Shown here piece by piece: positions 1-13,339 of a stretch of DNA of 64,000 nt. Positions within the stretch are counted from its first letter, which is position 1. Each line of letters opens with the position of its first letter. The notes under the pieces were generated by a model, which did no database searches, was not told where the DNA came from, and saw only the letters and a list, made by a program, of their open reading frames with translations. The DNA comes from Harriotta raleighana. Taxonomy: Eukaryota. The DNA lies in NCBI GenBank assembly GCA_050575255.1, contig JBNZDD010013458.1, positions 376,432-440,431 of the forward strand, read 5' to 3'. The position numbers and the translations under genes are program-made.

Positions 1-155
1 TCCACAACTGTTAGTGAGACACTGCTGTGCGCAATTGGCTGCCGCATTTCGCCCACAAATATACAGTCAATTCACTTTACAGTAAATTCTGTGAAGCGCT
101 TTAAGACATCTAGAAGATATGAAAAGGACTATCAAATGCATGGATTATTATTATC
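1..155 (+). mobile_element. Deu-type SINE, 3' part
   Basis: Core CTGCTGTGCGCAATTGGCTGCCGC, then TTCTGTGAAGCGCTTT...(ATT)n tail, as in the full copy at 51539. Confidence 0.85.
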
Positions 156-435
156 ACTAAAATATCTAGGTGAGATTGAGCTAACTGGGTGTTTTATAGG
201 AGCGGTATTATTGGGTAGAAAATAATTGGCTTCTCTTATGAAGCACTCACCCAAACTAACCAGAATATTTAGTTCTTGTGTGAAGACAGAGTTGAGATCT
301 CTGAATACAGTACAATGTAAGTTGCACGAATATTGTTCTGAGGTCTGCAAAGCAAAATCACTCCTACTTTCGGGATTTCTTGAGGTGGAGTTAGACTTGA
401 GAGAGTTTTGCTCTGTATTTACTCAATATTTGTAG

Positions 436-583
436 AACACTGCCATGCGTAATTGGCTGCCACCCACAAAATATACAGTCAATTCACTTTGCAGTATATT
501 CATATACAGTATTCTGTGAAGTGCTTTGAGATGTCTTGACGATATAATGAGGCGCTATCAAATGCAAGGATCATTATTATTAC
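436..583 (+). mobile_element. Deu-type SINE, 3' fragment
   Basis: Same core and GCAAGGAT...(ATT)n tail. Confidence 0.8.
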
Positions 584-876
584 AGTATTACATAATTGTG
601 CAATATTTGGCCTGGAAATTTTGGATGTTGACACTGGCTACCTTGTTGGCAAATTGAATCAATTCCTATTATAAGATGCCAGTGTCCAATTTCTAATGAA
701 TCTTACATTCTCCAGACATCCTGAGGAAAACAAGGAAAGCTTACGCCTCTCAAATAAACTTCTCTCATGTTTTTTTTCCAGTCTCCAAGGTCACCATCTC
801 ATAATGGTTAATGCAATAACATGTTTCTAACTGTGCTGGGCTTCTCCAAGATCCAGTGCTCAAACATCCAGTCGCA

Positions 877-1650
877 ATGGTTCGCAATGTGGACGACCTT
901 GATTTCTGCCTTCCCACCCACCCACAGAGTATTCTCGATGGACTAAAATCCTTGAGGTTGAACCCCAAGCTGTCCGATGTTATTATCCTGGTTGGCGGCC
1001 ATGAGATTCCCTGCCATCGGAGTGTCCTGGCGCTCTGTAGCCTCTACTTCAATGCCATGTTCACTGGGGACTTTGTGGAGAGTATATCTGCCCGGGTGGA
1101 GATCAAAGAGGTAGAGCCTGTGATAATGGAAACACTGATTGACTTTGCCTACACTGGAAAACTTACTATAAACCAAAAGAATGTGGAGTCTCTCATACAG
1201 ACATCCAAACTGCTGCAGTTCACTACAGTTCAAAAGGTGTGCACCCGCTACCTTCAGCAACAGATCGACCACACAAACTGCCTGGGCATTTATGAGTTTG
1301 GAGACATTTATGGTTGCCCAGAGGTCAAAGCCAAAGCTCGCTCATTTCTCCATGAGAATTTTAAGGCTGTGTCCCAGAGCGAGGAGTTCCTACAGCTGGA
1401 GAGCGACAGGCTACTTGGGTGCCTTGGCTCAGAGCTGCTAGAGGTACAAGAGGAGCAAAGCCTGGTTGAGGCCATTCTGGGCTGGGTAAAATACAATGAA
1501 GCAGACAGGAGTCGTTTCCTGCCAGAGCTCTTTCAGCTGGTTCATCTACCCTTGTTAACTGCGGAGTATATGAGAGACCATCTATTGCATGAGAAGGTGA
1601 TCCAGGACTGTGAACTATGCAGATCAACAATCGAGAAATATCAGGACAAG
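877..1650 (+). CDS. KLHL30: Kelch-like protein 30, coding exon 1 (BTB + BACK domains)
   Basis: [23 protein letters not shown]... matches the KLHL30 N-terminus; BTB motif [17 protein letters not shown]; donor AAG|GTACAT at 1650, phase 0; likely acceptor ...CTCCAAG at 850 implies an upstream non-coding exon. Confidence 0.96.
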
Positions 1651-3435
1651 GTACATCTTATAACATGATATTTTAACATTTTAACATCTTAAGCACCATC
1701 CGTGTCAGACACCCTTGTATTTTTCCTTAAAAATACATATCACTCTGCTAATAAACCAGTTAGTAGCTTTTATGTTACATTCAAATGTTATCAGTAGAGT
1801 CAGAAAATAAATCCTGCACAATTTATGTACAAGGCTGCAATATTCTGGAGTGAATTGTAAGTTGAAACCGAATTGAGGGGTTCAGTTATATCTACAGAAT
1901 CAGATCCCTGGAAGGGAGTTTGTAAGTTGGAATCTAACCAAGATTTCAGTTTACGGAAGTCAATTCAAAATTATTTGAGTTTTGATCCCAAAGTATACGT
2001 CACTGGAGCCCTTAGTTTACGGTTTGGCTTCTTATACACGGTTTTTGTTTAACGTTGTAGTGTCGTTTGTCCCACAAAATTCTGTATACAGTCAATTCAC
2101 TTTACAGTACTGTATATTCTTGGAAGCGTTTTGAGACGTCTCAAATACGTGATAAGACGCTATGTCAAATTATTAGATAAAAGAGCCTTTGCTGTACAGG
2201 GACACTGAATAGTGTGTCAATAGCTCGGAAGTTTGATGCCATCATATTCATGTGCAAAACAACATTTGATCTAGTGTGAGATGTTGTGGAGAATAACCAG
2301 CCTGAGTGGCAGAACTAAATCCCTTGTACACAATCTCCCAGCAACCAGAGAAGATTTAGGCATATATGGATTTCAGATGGCAACGCCTTTGTAGAGCTGT
2401 ATTTTTACATTTAAAGGCCAGATGATTGGTTTTACTTCCATTTTTGTTCAAGAAAGGAGACTTTCAATGAAGTAAGATTGAATCCCAATGTGTGTCAGGG
2501 CTTGGGTGATATTTTTCTGGCAGGTGCTTTCAAATGCACATGGGTTTGGCAGCACATTCTGTGTTGTTGATGCATGACACATTCCAGTATTTAAGACATT
2601 CAAGCCCACTAACAGAGTCTGCTATTAAATATTTCATTGAATCTCAGCTGCCCCCCCCAACCTACCCACCCAACACATCATCCCACCTACTCCCCCATTG
2701 AAACTCCCTCAGTTTACTGTCCCCAGATGCCCAGCTCCCAATAAGATCAATTCAATGCCTCTGGGATACATTAAAATAATATAACTGAACCCACTCCTGG
2801 AAAACATCATTCATCATGGCTGAGGTGCTAGCGAATAGTAAAATCTAAAAAAATCATAATTTGATGTGATTGAACCAGGCAAAACAATCTTTCAGATCCG
2901 TTCTATATTCCTGACCTACTACTAATGACCAGTGAACAGACTTCTTACAACTTTCTTTATATATTTACAAGCAATAAACTCAATATCCAACCCAACTGAA
3001 AGAAAGCAAGGACTTAGTGTGTAACCATAATTAACTTTATAATATTGCTCTTTTATCCACAGCCTAGTAAGCAGATGAAGCACGAATACAAGCTGCTATG
3101 GATAGCCCACAGGCCACTTAACATTGTTGTTTTACTTGTTAGACTCTCTTTATGTAATGCAAGTGCAGAAAGTGATCCAATGAGTATGAACTGTTCCAAG
3201 GCATTGTGGACAAAAAAATCCTTCTGAGTGTAGTGACTTTAAATTTAGATTTGTTGGCAAAAATATATCCCCAAATATTTAAAGTTTATTATGAGTTTAT
3301 TTAACACAAATGGGCAGTGGACTGCAAAGCCAATATATAAAATATCACCAAGATTGTTTGTCTTTCTCCTTACTTGTTGCATTATAATTATATTTGTATA
3401 CAAATGTAACTTTATTGCTGTTGTTATATTTATAG

Positions 3436-3595
3436 ACCAAAGCAGGAACTGCTGCACAAAGGCATCTCCCCTGCCTCAAGAAACTTCAGGAGGTCCTGGT
3501 AGTAATTGGAGGACGAGCAATGGAGGAGTCAGATGATGAAGATGAGGATACCCCAATGTTTTCGAGAAATGCAGGGTTTTATAATAACATGATCA
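3436..3595 (+). CDS. KLHL30: KLHL30 coding exon 2
   Basis: TTTATAG|ACC acceptor; reads TKAG...LQEVLVVIGGRAMEESDDEDEDTPMFSRNAGFYNNMI; donor A|GTGAGT. Confidence 0.92.
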
Positions 3596-3990
3596 GTGAG
3601 TTAATGTTATACAGGGCTTCGGGATATTAAGTGATATTTGCTGCAATTTTGAATCTTTGAATGCATGTGGCCTCGGTGATTGTATCTGATGAATGTTACT
3701 GCATGTCCTTATATATATGTTTTACAGAAAGTAATTCCCTCTTTTCATGGCACTGGAGTTACTTACTCCTGTCTAATCCTTTCCAATGGTGTATCTCATT
3801 CTTGTTGATCCATGTTGTAGTTCCTAGGATGTTTTTATTGAGTTTATTGGGAGTGGGAGGAGAGCTTTATACTGGCTTGAAGATCACTAGAAATACAATT
3901 ATTACTGCATTGTCTGGTGTCTGTATGTTTCACAACTTCTTATTTGTAGCTGATGATTTTACAGTGAATTTTATTCCTTTTTACCTTCAG

Positions 3991-4077
3991 GACGTTGGTT
4001 ACTGCTGCCAGATTTTCCTGATTACAACAAATGGGGATTTTCTGTTGTAGCCTTAAACAATGATGTATACATAACTG
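3991..4077 (+). CDS. KLHL30: KLHL30 coding exon 3 (Kelch)
   Basis: CCTTCAG acceptor; [28 protein letters not shown]; donor G|GTAAGA. Confidence 0.94.
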
Positions 4078-4434
4078 GTAAGATTTCCATCTGCAAAGCA
4101 TTAGTCAGAAAATGACCTAGAGCAGATTTTGTTGACTTGTTGGAAATCTTTAAACAGACTATGAGAAAGTGCTAATTAATGTTATTGAGATCCATTACAG
4201 TAGGGAAATTTCTACATCTCAAAACTTTTAAAGGATTTGCCGTAAAATATAGTGACTGTGTATTTTATAGGCAAAAGCAAAAGTTAAGTTTCGCACAGAA
4301 ATATTCCACTTGGATGGGAAAAGCAGAACAGAGCCCTTAATTTTTTTAAATTAAGGAAATGAATGATGAGATTTATTCTTTAAAATGTCTTCAATTCAAC
4401 CATCATCTGATGTTTTCCTTTATTGTCTTTCCAG

Positions 4435-4590
4435 GGGGATCCAGAGGAAGTACTCATGATACCTGGTCCACAACACAAGGGTGGAAATTTGATTCCAAAG
4501 AAGGGGTGTGGGTTCCGATTGCACCTATGTTAAAACCCAGAACCAACCATGCTACAGCAGTGTTGAATGGAGAAATTTATGCTGTTGGAG
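4435..4590 (+). CDS. KLHL30: KLHL30 coding exon 4 (Kelch)
   Basis: TTTCCAG acceptor; [17 protein letters not shown]...[23 protein letters not shown]; donor G|GTATCA. Confidence 0.94.
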
Positions 4591-4882
4591 GTATCAGATC
4601 AGGGATCACAGAATGAATTAAATGTGATATTGGAGAGGATGTAACTGAGAAATAATTGGAAACATAGTACAATAATTTGAATATTTACTTCACATTCCCA
4701 TGGAAGTAAAATACCGTAGTCTCAAATTGCCTGAATTCAATTTAGTTTCTAAAATGAGGAGTTCTGTTAATTCTAATAGTAGTCATAGCTGTATCACATT
4801 TTTGGATACAATATCCTAATTGTAAGAAATAGATCAACGTAGCTTGTGCTGTAATAAACTTTGATTTCTGTCTGAATTGTAG

Positions 4883-5071
4883 GGACGACATCAGATGTTG
4901 TGGAAGTGGAACATTACGATCCATACAATAACAACTGGTCTCTGATCAGCCCGACAGTGAAATATGTCAGTAACTTTACTGTGACAGGGTGCACAGGAAA
5001 GCTCTATGTGATTGGCTCCTGTGCAGCGAAGTACAATGCTCTCACTCTGCAATGCTACAATCCTGTTATAG
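4883..5071 (+). CDS. KLHL30: KLHL30 coding exon 5 (Kelch)
   Basis: TTGTAG acceptor; [18 protein letters not shown]...[25 protein letters not shown]; donor G|GTGGGT. Confidence 0.94.
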
Positions 5072-5231
5072 GTGGGTGTCTCACAGAAACAAAGAGAAAA
5101 TCACTAGTCCAAAGAATTTGATGTGCTCCATTTAGGTGTAAAATAAACAATAGCTTTGGGGGAAATTCAGGTTTCCTACATCCAGCTATTTTTTTTACTT
5201 TTTCAGTTGATACATTCAAATAAATACTACT

Positions 5232-5390
5232 AATATAATCCTTATACTTTATATAGCACCTTATCATATTTTCGAGATGTCCCAAAGCATTTCACGGGAT
5301 ACACTGTCAAGTGATATGGCTGTATATATTTTGTGGTTCAATTTGCACACTACAATGATCCCCAAGTAGACATGGAGTAAATGACCAATA
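5232..5390 (-). mobile_element. Diverged SINE 3' fragment
   Basis: Reverse complement of the SINE tail and core. Confidence 0.65.
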
Positions 5391-5886
5391 CTGTACATCA
5401 ACAATAAAGCTGCTCAGACAACAGCAGGAAATGTAATAACAGTATCCCTATACAACACTTAAATAAATGGTGAACAAAATGAAAAGAAATACAAATTTAA
5501 CAATAACTGCTGTTGATTCTCAGCATCTCATGTAGTTCGCGAAAGAGTGACATCAACAACAACAAAATTACATTTATAGAGCGCCTTTCAGGATGAGAGC
5601 ACGTCCCAAGGCACTGAACAATTAGGGGTTGGGAAGTAGTTTTCAAAAGCATGACACTCCTTACAAGAATGCACTATTAACTCATAATTTCTTCACATCT
5701 GTTTATTTCATCATATTAAGTACTGAATAATTATCTATTTAATCTATATAATAGAGGTTCAAAAACTGTATTGGAGCTCATTGTTTTTTACTACAAAGGT
5801 TACATTTCAAATCTTTTGAACCAGATGGTTGAAGTGGCTCGCAGAAACATATTATATCATCTGATGCATTTTATTTTCCTATCCAG

Positions 5887-6032
5887 ATAGCTGGAGTGTC
5901 ATTGCGTCTCCCTTCATTCCAAAGTACCTATCAGCACCTCGGTGTGTCTCTGTGGGTGGAGTAATTTATTTGATTGGAGACAACACAAAGAAGGTGTACC
6001 TGTATAACCCAGAAGCTAACATGTGGCAGAAG
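5887..6032 (+). CDS. KLHL30: KLHL30 coding exon 6 (Kelch)
   Basis: ATCCAG acceptor; [48 protein letters not shown]; donor AAG|GTGAGT. Confidence 0.94.
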
Positions 6033-6590
6033 GTGAGTCTAAAGAGTGTGACTCAGAAACAATTTCATTTTGGGGGGATTTCTTCTATACTCTCCTGCCC
6101 TGACTGAGTGAGAAGGTTCAGCAATTCATGAAGCATTCCATCGAGTAATGACTCAACTAAGAACTGCTCAATTTCATTCACAGAGACAAGTTGAATCTGA
6201 ATGTGGATTTGTACATGGAGCCATTTAATGGGAGTCAGTGACTTTTTCATTGGAGGATTTTTTAGTATATAGAATTTTTTAGTGTTCTGGAGTTTTTTTA
6301 CCTGAATGACTTGGCATGTTTATCTTGTGGAAAGCTAAGCCTTACAGATTTATTTTTATAGCGGGATATATTTGAACTTATGGTCATTTAAGAGTTAAGA
6401 TTATATTTAGTTTATATTTGCAATGACTGGCAGAGCCTGAGACAGAAAAGATATGTGACAGTGTGTCACATGGGGAATCCTGATCTATGATTCAATCCAT
6501 GTTATGCCTGCACCTGTTTAAACAGCAGATCAGATAACTCAGACTGAACAGAATCACATTGACACAGGTCCATCTGTATCAGCTCCATCT

Positions 6591-6870
6591 GGAGCTCCTA
6601 TAGCTCATTGGTTAGAGCACTCGACTTACAAGCATGAGACCTGTGTTTGAATCCAGGCAGATCAGGGTGAAACCTTAATCCGTTCAAAAATAAACACGTT
6701 AATAAAAATTGGTCATTTCAATCCACAACTGTTTGTGGAATGCTGCTGTGTGCAATTGGCTGCCGCGTTTCCCCCACAAATATACAATTAATTCACTTTA
6801 CAATATATTCTGTGAAGCGCTTTGAGAAGTTAAGAAAAGAGCAATATCAAATGCAAGGATTATTATTATC
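6591..6870 (+). mobile_element. tRNA-derived SINE, near full length (duplicate at 7690-7969)
   Basis: A box TAGCTCATTGG, B box GTTTGAATCC, Deu core, (ATT)n tail. Confidence 0.88.
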
Positions 6871-6944
6871 TTGACAACAACACTGTGGAAATTACAATAA
6901 GGTGATAACATAATTAATTCCTACTTTTGTTTATCTTCACAGAA

Positions 6945-7306
6945 CCTTGTTTTCAAATCCCTCCACTCCTCTGCACCTCCTACCTCTCTGACCTCCTTTC
7001 TCCTCAAACCAGCACCTGTTGCCTTTGCTGCACTGGGTCTGACCTCCTCCTTGTCCCCCGTATCCTCTGCTGCACCATCGGCGGCCTTGCCGTCAGCTAT
7101 TATGCCCCGAGGATCTAGAACTCCATTCACCTCTCCCCCTCTCTTCCCAGTTTCAAGTCTCAGCTAAAGACCTTTCTCTTCGACCATGCCTTTGGTCACC
7201 TTTCTCTCCCTGCCCCTGGCTCACCCCCGGGATCCGTTATCGTGAAGCACCCTGAGACGCGTCTGGCATGGAGGGCGCTATATGAATCAAAGTTTTGTTG
7301 TTGTTG
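6945..7306 (+). mobile_element. L2-clade LINE 3' fragment (duplicate at 8044-8405)
   Basis: Degenerate L2 ORF2 C-terminus (FKSLH..APYLSDLL, LKTFLF) and (TTG)n tail. Confidence 0.85.
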
Positions 7307-9196
7307 ACTAGTGTAATTGCCACCAAGCAATTGTTCCTGAATTTACCACTGAATGTTACCTGCCATGATTAGGTGCTAAGCTGTAGAACATTTGATATAT
7401 NTGAATGACTTGGCATGTTTATCTTGTGGAAAGCTAAGCCTTACAGATTTATTTTTATAGCGGGATATATTTGAACTTATGGTCATTTAAGAGTTAAGAT
7501 TATATTTAGTTTATATTTGCAATGACTGGCAGAGCCTGAGACAGAAAAGATATGTGACAGTGTGTCACATGGGGAATCCTGATCTATGATTCAATCCATG
7601 TTATGCCTGCACCTGTTTAAACAGCAGATCAGATAACTCAGACTGAACAGAATCACATTGACACAGGTCCATCTGTATCAGCTCCATCTGGAGCTCCTAT
7701 AGCTCATTGGTTAGAGCACTCGACTTACAAGCATGAGACCTGTGTTTGAATCCAGGCAGATCAGGGTGAAACCTTAATCCGTTCAAAAATAAACACGTTA
7801 ATAAAAATTGGTCATTTCAATCCACAACTGTTTGTGGAATGCTGCTGTGTGCAATTGGCTGCCGCGTTTCCCCCACAAATATACAATTAATTCACTTTAC
7901 AATATATTCTGTGAAGCGCTTTGAGAAGTTAAGAAAAGAGCAATATCAAATGCAAGGATTATTATTATCTTGACAACAACACTGTGGAAATTACAATAAG
8001 GTGATAACATAATTAATTCCTACTTTTGTTTATCTTCACAGAACCTTGTTTTCAAATCCCTCCACTCCTCTGCACCTCCTACCTCTCTGACCTCCTTTCT
8101 CCTCAAACCAGCACCTGTTGCCTTTGCTGCACTGGGTCTGACCTCCTCCTTGTCCCCCGTATCCTCTGCTGCACCATCGGCGGCCTTGCCGTCAGCTATT
8201 ATGCCCCGAGGATCTAGAACTCCATTCACCTCTCCCCCTCTCTTCCCAGTTTCAAGTCTCAGCTAAAGACCTTTCTCTTCGACCATGCCTTTGGTCACCT
8301 TTCTCTCCCTGCCCCTGGCTCACCCCCGGGATCCGTTATCGTGAAGCACCCTGAGACGCGTCTGGCATGGAGGGCGCTATATGAATCAAAGTTTTGTTGT
8401 TGTTGACTAGTGTAATTGCCACCAAGCAATTGTTCCTGAATTTACCACTGAATGTTACCTGCCATGATTAGGTGCTAAGCTGTAGAACATTTGATATATA
8501 GTATCAAGTTGTTGTATTGTATCTTTCCTATTATTCTACTTTTTTTTTAAAAAGGAAGCTCACTTCAATTTCAACCTTTCCTGCAGGGATGACTTGTGCT
8601 GTGTGCAATTGATTGCTGTATTTCATCCACAAAGTATACAGTCAATGGACTTTATAATATATTCTATGACGTGCAATGTCATGGTGAGGTGCTATATCAA
8701 AAGCAAGGATGATAATTATTATAATTCCCGCCCTCTGTGGCATATTGCTCAAATAATACTTCTCTATTTATGAGCCTGCCTATTCCACTCTGTTTTATGG
8801 TAATGAACAGATAATAATAATAATCTTTTCATTTGATAGAGTGCCTTATCATCAATACATAACAAGTCTGACCAATTGCTTCTTGCTGGTCTATATCACA
8901 AATCTATTTTTACATGCATCCAGCTTGATGATTTTTTATAACACTGATGAAACTATCTAGAAATTCAAACAAATATAATTTATCAAATAAAATAATTTCG
9001 AAACCCGGTTGTATTACATCATTGACCTAACCAATTATTTATTGTATATGTATCTTATGATCTGTTGTAGATATATCTCTTTGCCTTTGTTCATGTTCAT
9101 ATCTGATAATCCCACTGACCTATTCTTCCACCAATTAATTAATACACTGAACTTCTACCTGTCTCATGATCCATAATTTTTTTTCTCCTGTTGTAG

Positions 9197-9445
9197 GTTC
9201 AGCTCCTACACAAGCTACATGAGAATGGAGGTATGGTGGTGATTGCTAGGAAGATCTATGTGACTGGTGGCCACTGGAAAGGAATGGAAGGAGACTACAG
9301 TGTAGAGATGGAGATGTATGATTGCACTAAAGATGTATGGAGCATTGAAGGCTTCTTGCCTTGCCATTGGTTCTATCACAGTTCCTGTTCTATTTTCATC
9401 GATCCGTCCAGATGGACTGAGCCATTTCCACAGAGCAATGCCTAA
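9197..9445 (+). CDS. KLHL30: KLHL30 last coding exon
   Basis: TTGTAG acceptor; [42 protein letters not shown]...PFPQSNA-stop; the 7 exons total 1761 nt = 586 aa plus stop. Confidence 0.94.
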   Translation, partial: VQLLHKLHENGGMVVIARKIYVTGGHWKGMEGDYSVEMEMYDCTKDVWSIEGFLPCHWFYHSSCSIFIDPSRWTEPFPQSNA

Positions 9446-10482
9446 AATAATGATCACAAACTCTTCTGGATTGAGGTCTGTTGTCACCCCCAAAGTAACC
9501 AACATATTACCAAATATTAGAACAGTTTGTGGAAGATATTGCAGTGAATTGTACGCTTTCAGAGGTGACAAAACTGAAGGTGTGAATGCTTTCCATGTAA
9601 AGCTTCCTCTTTATATGCTGTGTGGTTAAGTTAAAGAACTACAATACCCTTATGCTAAATGGAGGCCATCTCTGGAAATCCCTGAGGATAAGATTCACTT
9701 ACTGACGAGAATGCACTGCCTGGGGTCTGTGCCCTATCTAGCATTAATTTGAACAAAGTGAAGCTGAACACCTTATTTATTTTAAGCTTAGTTGCAAAAG
9801 TGAAAGACTAGATTATCGATTTAACTGATGAAGCTCCTGGAGATAGGCCAATACTGGACAGTAACACTAGCGTCTACCGTACAGTAATTCTAGTTCCAGC
9901 AAACTCAGGCTCACCAGCATGGGTGCCTCTGTTGGAATCCTGCAACAGTACAACACTCACCATTACAGTAACAACAAGGTGCTTCGAACAGTAACAACTC
10001 GGTCCACATAAAATGATAAAGCACTTAACAACAAAAGCAATTACCCACATCTTTCTGCAGGTTTAAGAGCAGAAATAGCAGGGAATGCTAAAATTCCACC
10101 AGTCATGTTTTTCATGTTTGTAAAATATTTCTTCTCCTTGACAGTTTCCTCAGCTGAAGGCCAGGTGTGACCTTGTTTGCAAGAGTTAAAGGAGTTAAAT
10201 GGTTTGACCCTCTCTAATTTCCTCTCCCAGAGCTTTGCCAAATTCACCTCAGGGGGAATTTTTCTGGTATCCTGTCAATCCATTGCAGGAAATATGCCAA
10301 GCTACCGATCGGATATTCCCCACGTCTCTGGTCTGTAGGAGTTCCTGATTAAACACAAACAACAATTTGCATTTATAAAGCCCCCTTCACGCAGTGTAGC
10401 ATCCCGGATCACTTCATAGTGGCAGAGACTGATACTGAGCCAGGGAGAGATGGAGTTTATGGAGGAGGACAGAAGCGTAATC

Positions 10483-11277
10483 AAATTTGGGAGAAGAAAT
10501 GAAGGGAGGCAATATAGACTAGATAGTGCAAATTTAAATGGTGTGAAGGAACAGAGAGACCTGGGGATTTGTGTTAGTGACTCGTTGAAGGTGGCAGGTC
10601 AGGTAGACAAGGCTGTTAAGAAGGCATATGGGATTCTAGGCTTTATAAATAGGGGTATAGAGTACAAAAGTCAGGAAGTGCTGACTAACCTCTATAGAAC
10701 TTTGGTGAGGCCTCAGCTGGAGTACTGTGTTCAATTCTGGTCACCACACTATAGAAAGGATGTGAAGGCATTGGAAAGGGTACAAAGAAGATTTACTAGG
10801 ATGGTGCCAGGATTGAGGGACTTCACCTATGAGGAAAGGCTAGATAGGCTAGGGTTATTCTCTCTAGAACAGAGAAGATTGAGGGGAGACCTAATAGAGG
10901 TTTATAAGATCATGAGGGGTTTCGACAGGGCAAATAGAGAAAAACTATTTCCACTTGTGGGCGAATCTGTGACCCGTGGTCACAGATTTAAAATAGTTTC
11001 AAAGCGAAGTAGAGGGGAGCTGAGGAGAAACTTTTTCACTCAGCGAGTTGTTCGAATCTGGAATGCATTGCCTGAAAAGGTGGTGGAGGCTGATTCGATA
11101 ACAACTTTTAAAAGGGAATTAGATCTTTATTTAGGGAGAACAGGTCTATTAGGCTATGGGGAGCGAGCAGGGCAGTGGGATTAAATCGCTCTTTTCAAAG
11201 AGCCGGCACAGACTAGATGGGCCGAATGGCCTCCTTTTGTGCCGTAAACTTCTATGAATCTATGAATCTATGAATCT
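10483..11277 (+). mobile_element. CR1 LINE, 5'-truncated, open ORF2 C-terminus, inserted into an older L2 fragment
   Basis: LYRTLVRPQLEYCVQFWSPH...RRLRGDLIEVYK...FFTQRVVRIWNALP; (ATCTATGA)n tail; L2-like minus-strand sequence on both sides (10353-10482, 11278-11350). Confidence 0.95.
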
Positions 11278-11802
11278 AAATCGGAAGGTCTTTAGGTGGG
11301 ATTTGAAAGCGGGATGGAGAGCTCACAGTGAAGAGCATTCCAGAGTTTATGTCATCCCAAACATTAGGGATGAAATACATGTATGCTACATCCTGTGTCC
11401 CAGGAAAGCTAAAGAAAATTAGGTCTGGGGTTGAGAAATTTCAAATAAAGCAGCAATATTCAGCTCATGTGTGGTTTGACAGATTTTGATTGCACAGTGC
11501 TGATGATGAGACCAACCCTTCAAAACAACAACAGTTTGAAGGATAATGAACGAGGAAGGCAATAAAGCTGTCAATCAATCTGAAGGACCACACAATTACC
11601 TGGTATTACCTGTGCAGCTGGATAGATTTTGAGCACCAGCCATTGTGGTGTTAAAGAGCAGATTGCAAGGGGTGCAGGGATTGTAAATAGAGTATTCTTT
11701 AAAATACAGTGTGAGGATTTCCAAAATCATTGCATGAATCAGCAAAGTAAAACCTGGTGCTAGAAAAGGTGGGGAATCTGCACAAGAAGAAACAGCTGAG
11801 TG

Positions 11803-12135
11803 AACAACAACAACAAAATTATATTTATAGAGCGCCTTTCATGTCAGGAGGACATCTCAATGCACTGAACAGTTAGGTCAAGACCTGAGCAAGGGGGAGG
11901 TGCAGGGTAGTGGGAAGGGGAGGGAGAGAGTTGGGAGGGTGGCAGAAGGCATGATCGAAGAGGAGGGTCTTGAGACCGGCCTTGAAGGACGCAAAGGAGG
12001 AAGCAAGGTGAAAGGACTGTGGTTGGAGTTCCAGATTGTAGGAGCAGAGAGGCTGAAAGCCCGTCCAATGATGGTAGGGTGGGTCAGGCAGGGGACATGG
12101 AGCAACCGGAGCCCGCTGAAAGGAAGGGGCGGGGA
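11803..12135 (-). mobile_element. L2 LINE 3' fragment
   Basis: (CAA)n tail on + strand; GRAFSLSAPTIWNS and LKTLLFDHAF on - strand. Confidence 0.88.
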
Positions 12136-12239
12136 GTTTCATAAGGAGACAGCAGGTCGGAGTGATCTTGATGCATGGTGGAGTCATGGTACCACATGCA
12201 ATGTAGCAAATTATAGTACTTTGAATTCACTCACAGATA

Positions 12240-12980
12240 CCGTTAACCCTCGTTGATTGCGGGGGTTACGTTCCTGGAAAACTGCGCACTCAATAAAATC
12301 ACTTTGGGTAAGCTTAAGCAGTAATGGGAAACAGAGGGTTAGGGGAATCCAGTCACAGGCTACCCACCTCAAGCCGTAGAAAGCCGCTCGAGGGGGTGGG
12401 GGGGGTTGGCAGAGAGCCGCTCCGATTGGGGGGAGCAGAGAGCCGCTCGGGGTGCGGGGGAGCAGAGAGCAGCTCGGAGGTGGCAGTGGAGAGCAGAGAG
12501 GCGGGTGGTTGGGGAGTAGAGAGCTGTTCTGGGGTGGACGGGAGGCCGGCTCCGGCTTTGTTATCGTTTTATTGTTACAAAGCGATAACAAAGCAGTAAA
12601 GCAATAAAAAGAAAGCAATAAAACCACAGTTAGGCTCTCTTGAGATTCTCTCTCTGTCTCTTTTGTTTACTCTGCAATGCCATCAGGATGCTCCGAGGCC
12701 GAAGAGTTATCGGACTTACCCAAGAATGCATTGCGCGCAGGGCCAGCCAGCCAAGGAATCATCGGCTTTAGTTGGGATCTGCCGGCCTTGTCAAAAGTGC
12801 ACATGCGCACGGGACCAGCCATCTGAGGAATCATCAGATTTAGTCGGGAGCTGTCAGCGTCCTTACCAGCCAGCGTGTATACACAAGTTTTACGCGCGCT
12901 GCACAAAAAAGTGATGCTTTTGTTTCGTCGCATATATTGAATTTGCAATCGATAAAGTCTTCTTTGACGAGGGTGAACTG
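12240..12980. mobile_element. Tigger/pogo-like non-autonomous DNA transposon
   Basis: TA|CCGTTAACCCTCGT ... ACGAGGGTGAACTG|TA imperfect TIRs with TA target duplication; MER2-like GGGGGTTACGTTCCTGGA near the left end. Confidence 0.75.
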
Positions 12981-13339
12981 TACTTAGAACTTCTTTTAAC
13001 TGCAGTATAGTTATTAACATGCAGATTTGGTAATATTGACTTTGAAAAAATTGTGACATGAGCTGTGAAGTAATGGAGCAGATAATATTAATCGTTGAAT
13101 ATGACAACACTAAAACAATTCAAAATGTTTCACAGATAGCTGCTGTCAAGTGTAGAGACTGTATTTGTAGACAGATAAAGCAGGCAATATGCTCACAGCA
13201 TAATCCCACAAACAGCCTTGACGTGAATGACCAATTTTCTTCAATGAAAAGACGGCAAGAGTACAGAGTATTCACACTGGCGCTATTGAAATCTGTATCC
13301 ACTAGATGGAGCTGGAATCTACAATGTGCGACAGTTTGG

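Larger units (their letters stand above)
6303..8499. repeat. Identical tandem duplication of 1098 bp separated by one N (assembly artefact)
   Basis: 6303-7400 matches 7402-8499, with N at 7401. Confidence 0.9.

Noticed and set aside
856-876. GTG start extending KLHL30 by 7 codons
   Set aside because: The recalled ortholog starts at MVRNVDD (ATG 877); the track uses alternative start codons
6303-8499. Apparent recent 1.1 kb tandem duplication in the last KLHL30 intron
   Set aside because: The copies look identical and are separated by exactly one N, typical of an unmerged contig overlap
10450-11184. 244-aa ORF as a host gene
   Set aside because: It is the C-terminal part of CR1 ORF2 in a 5'-truncated copy
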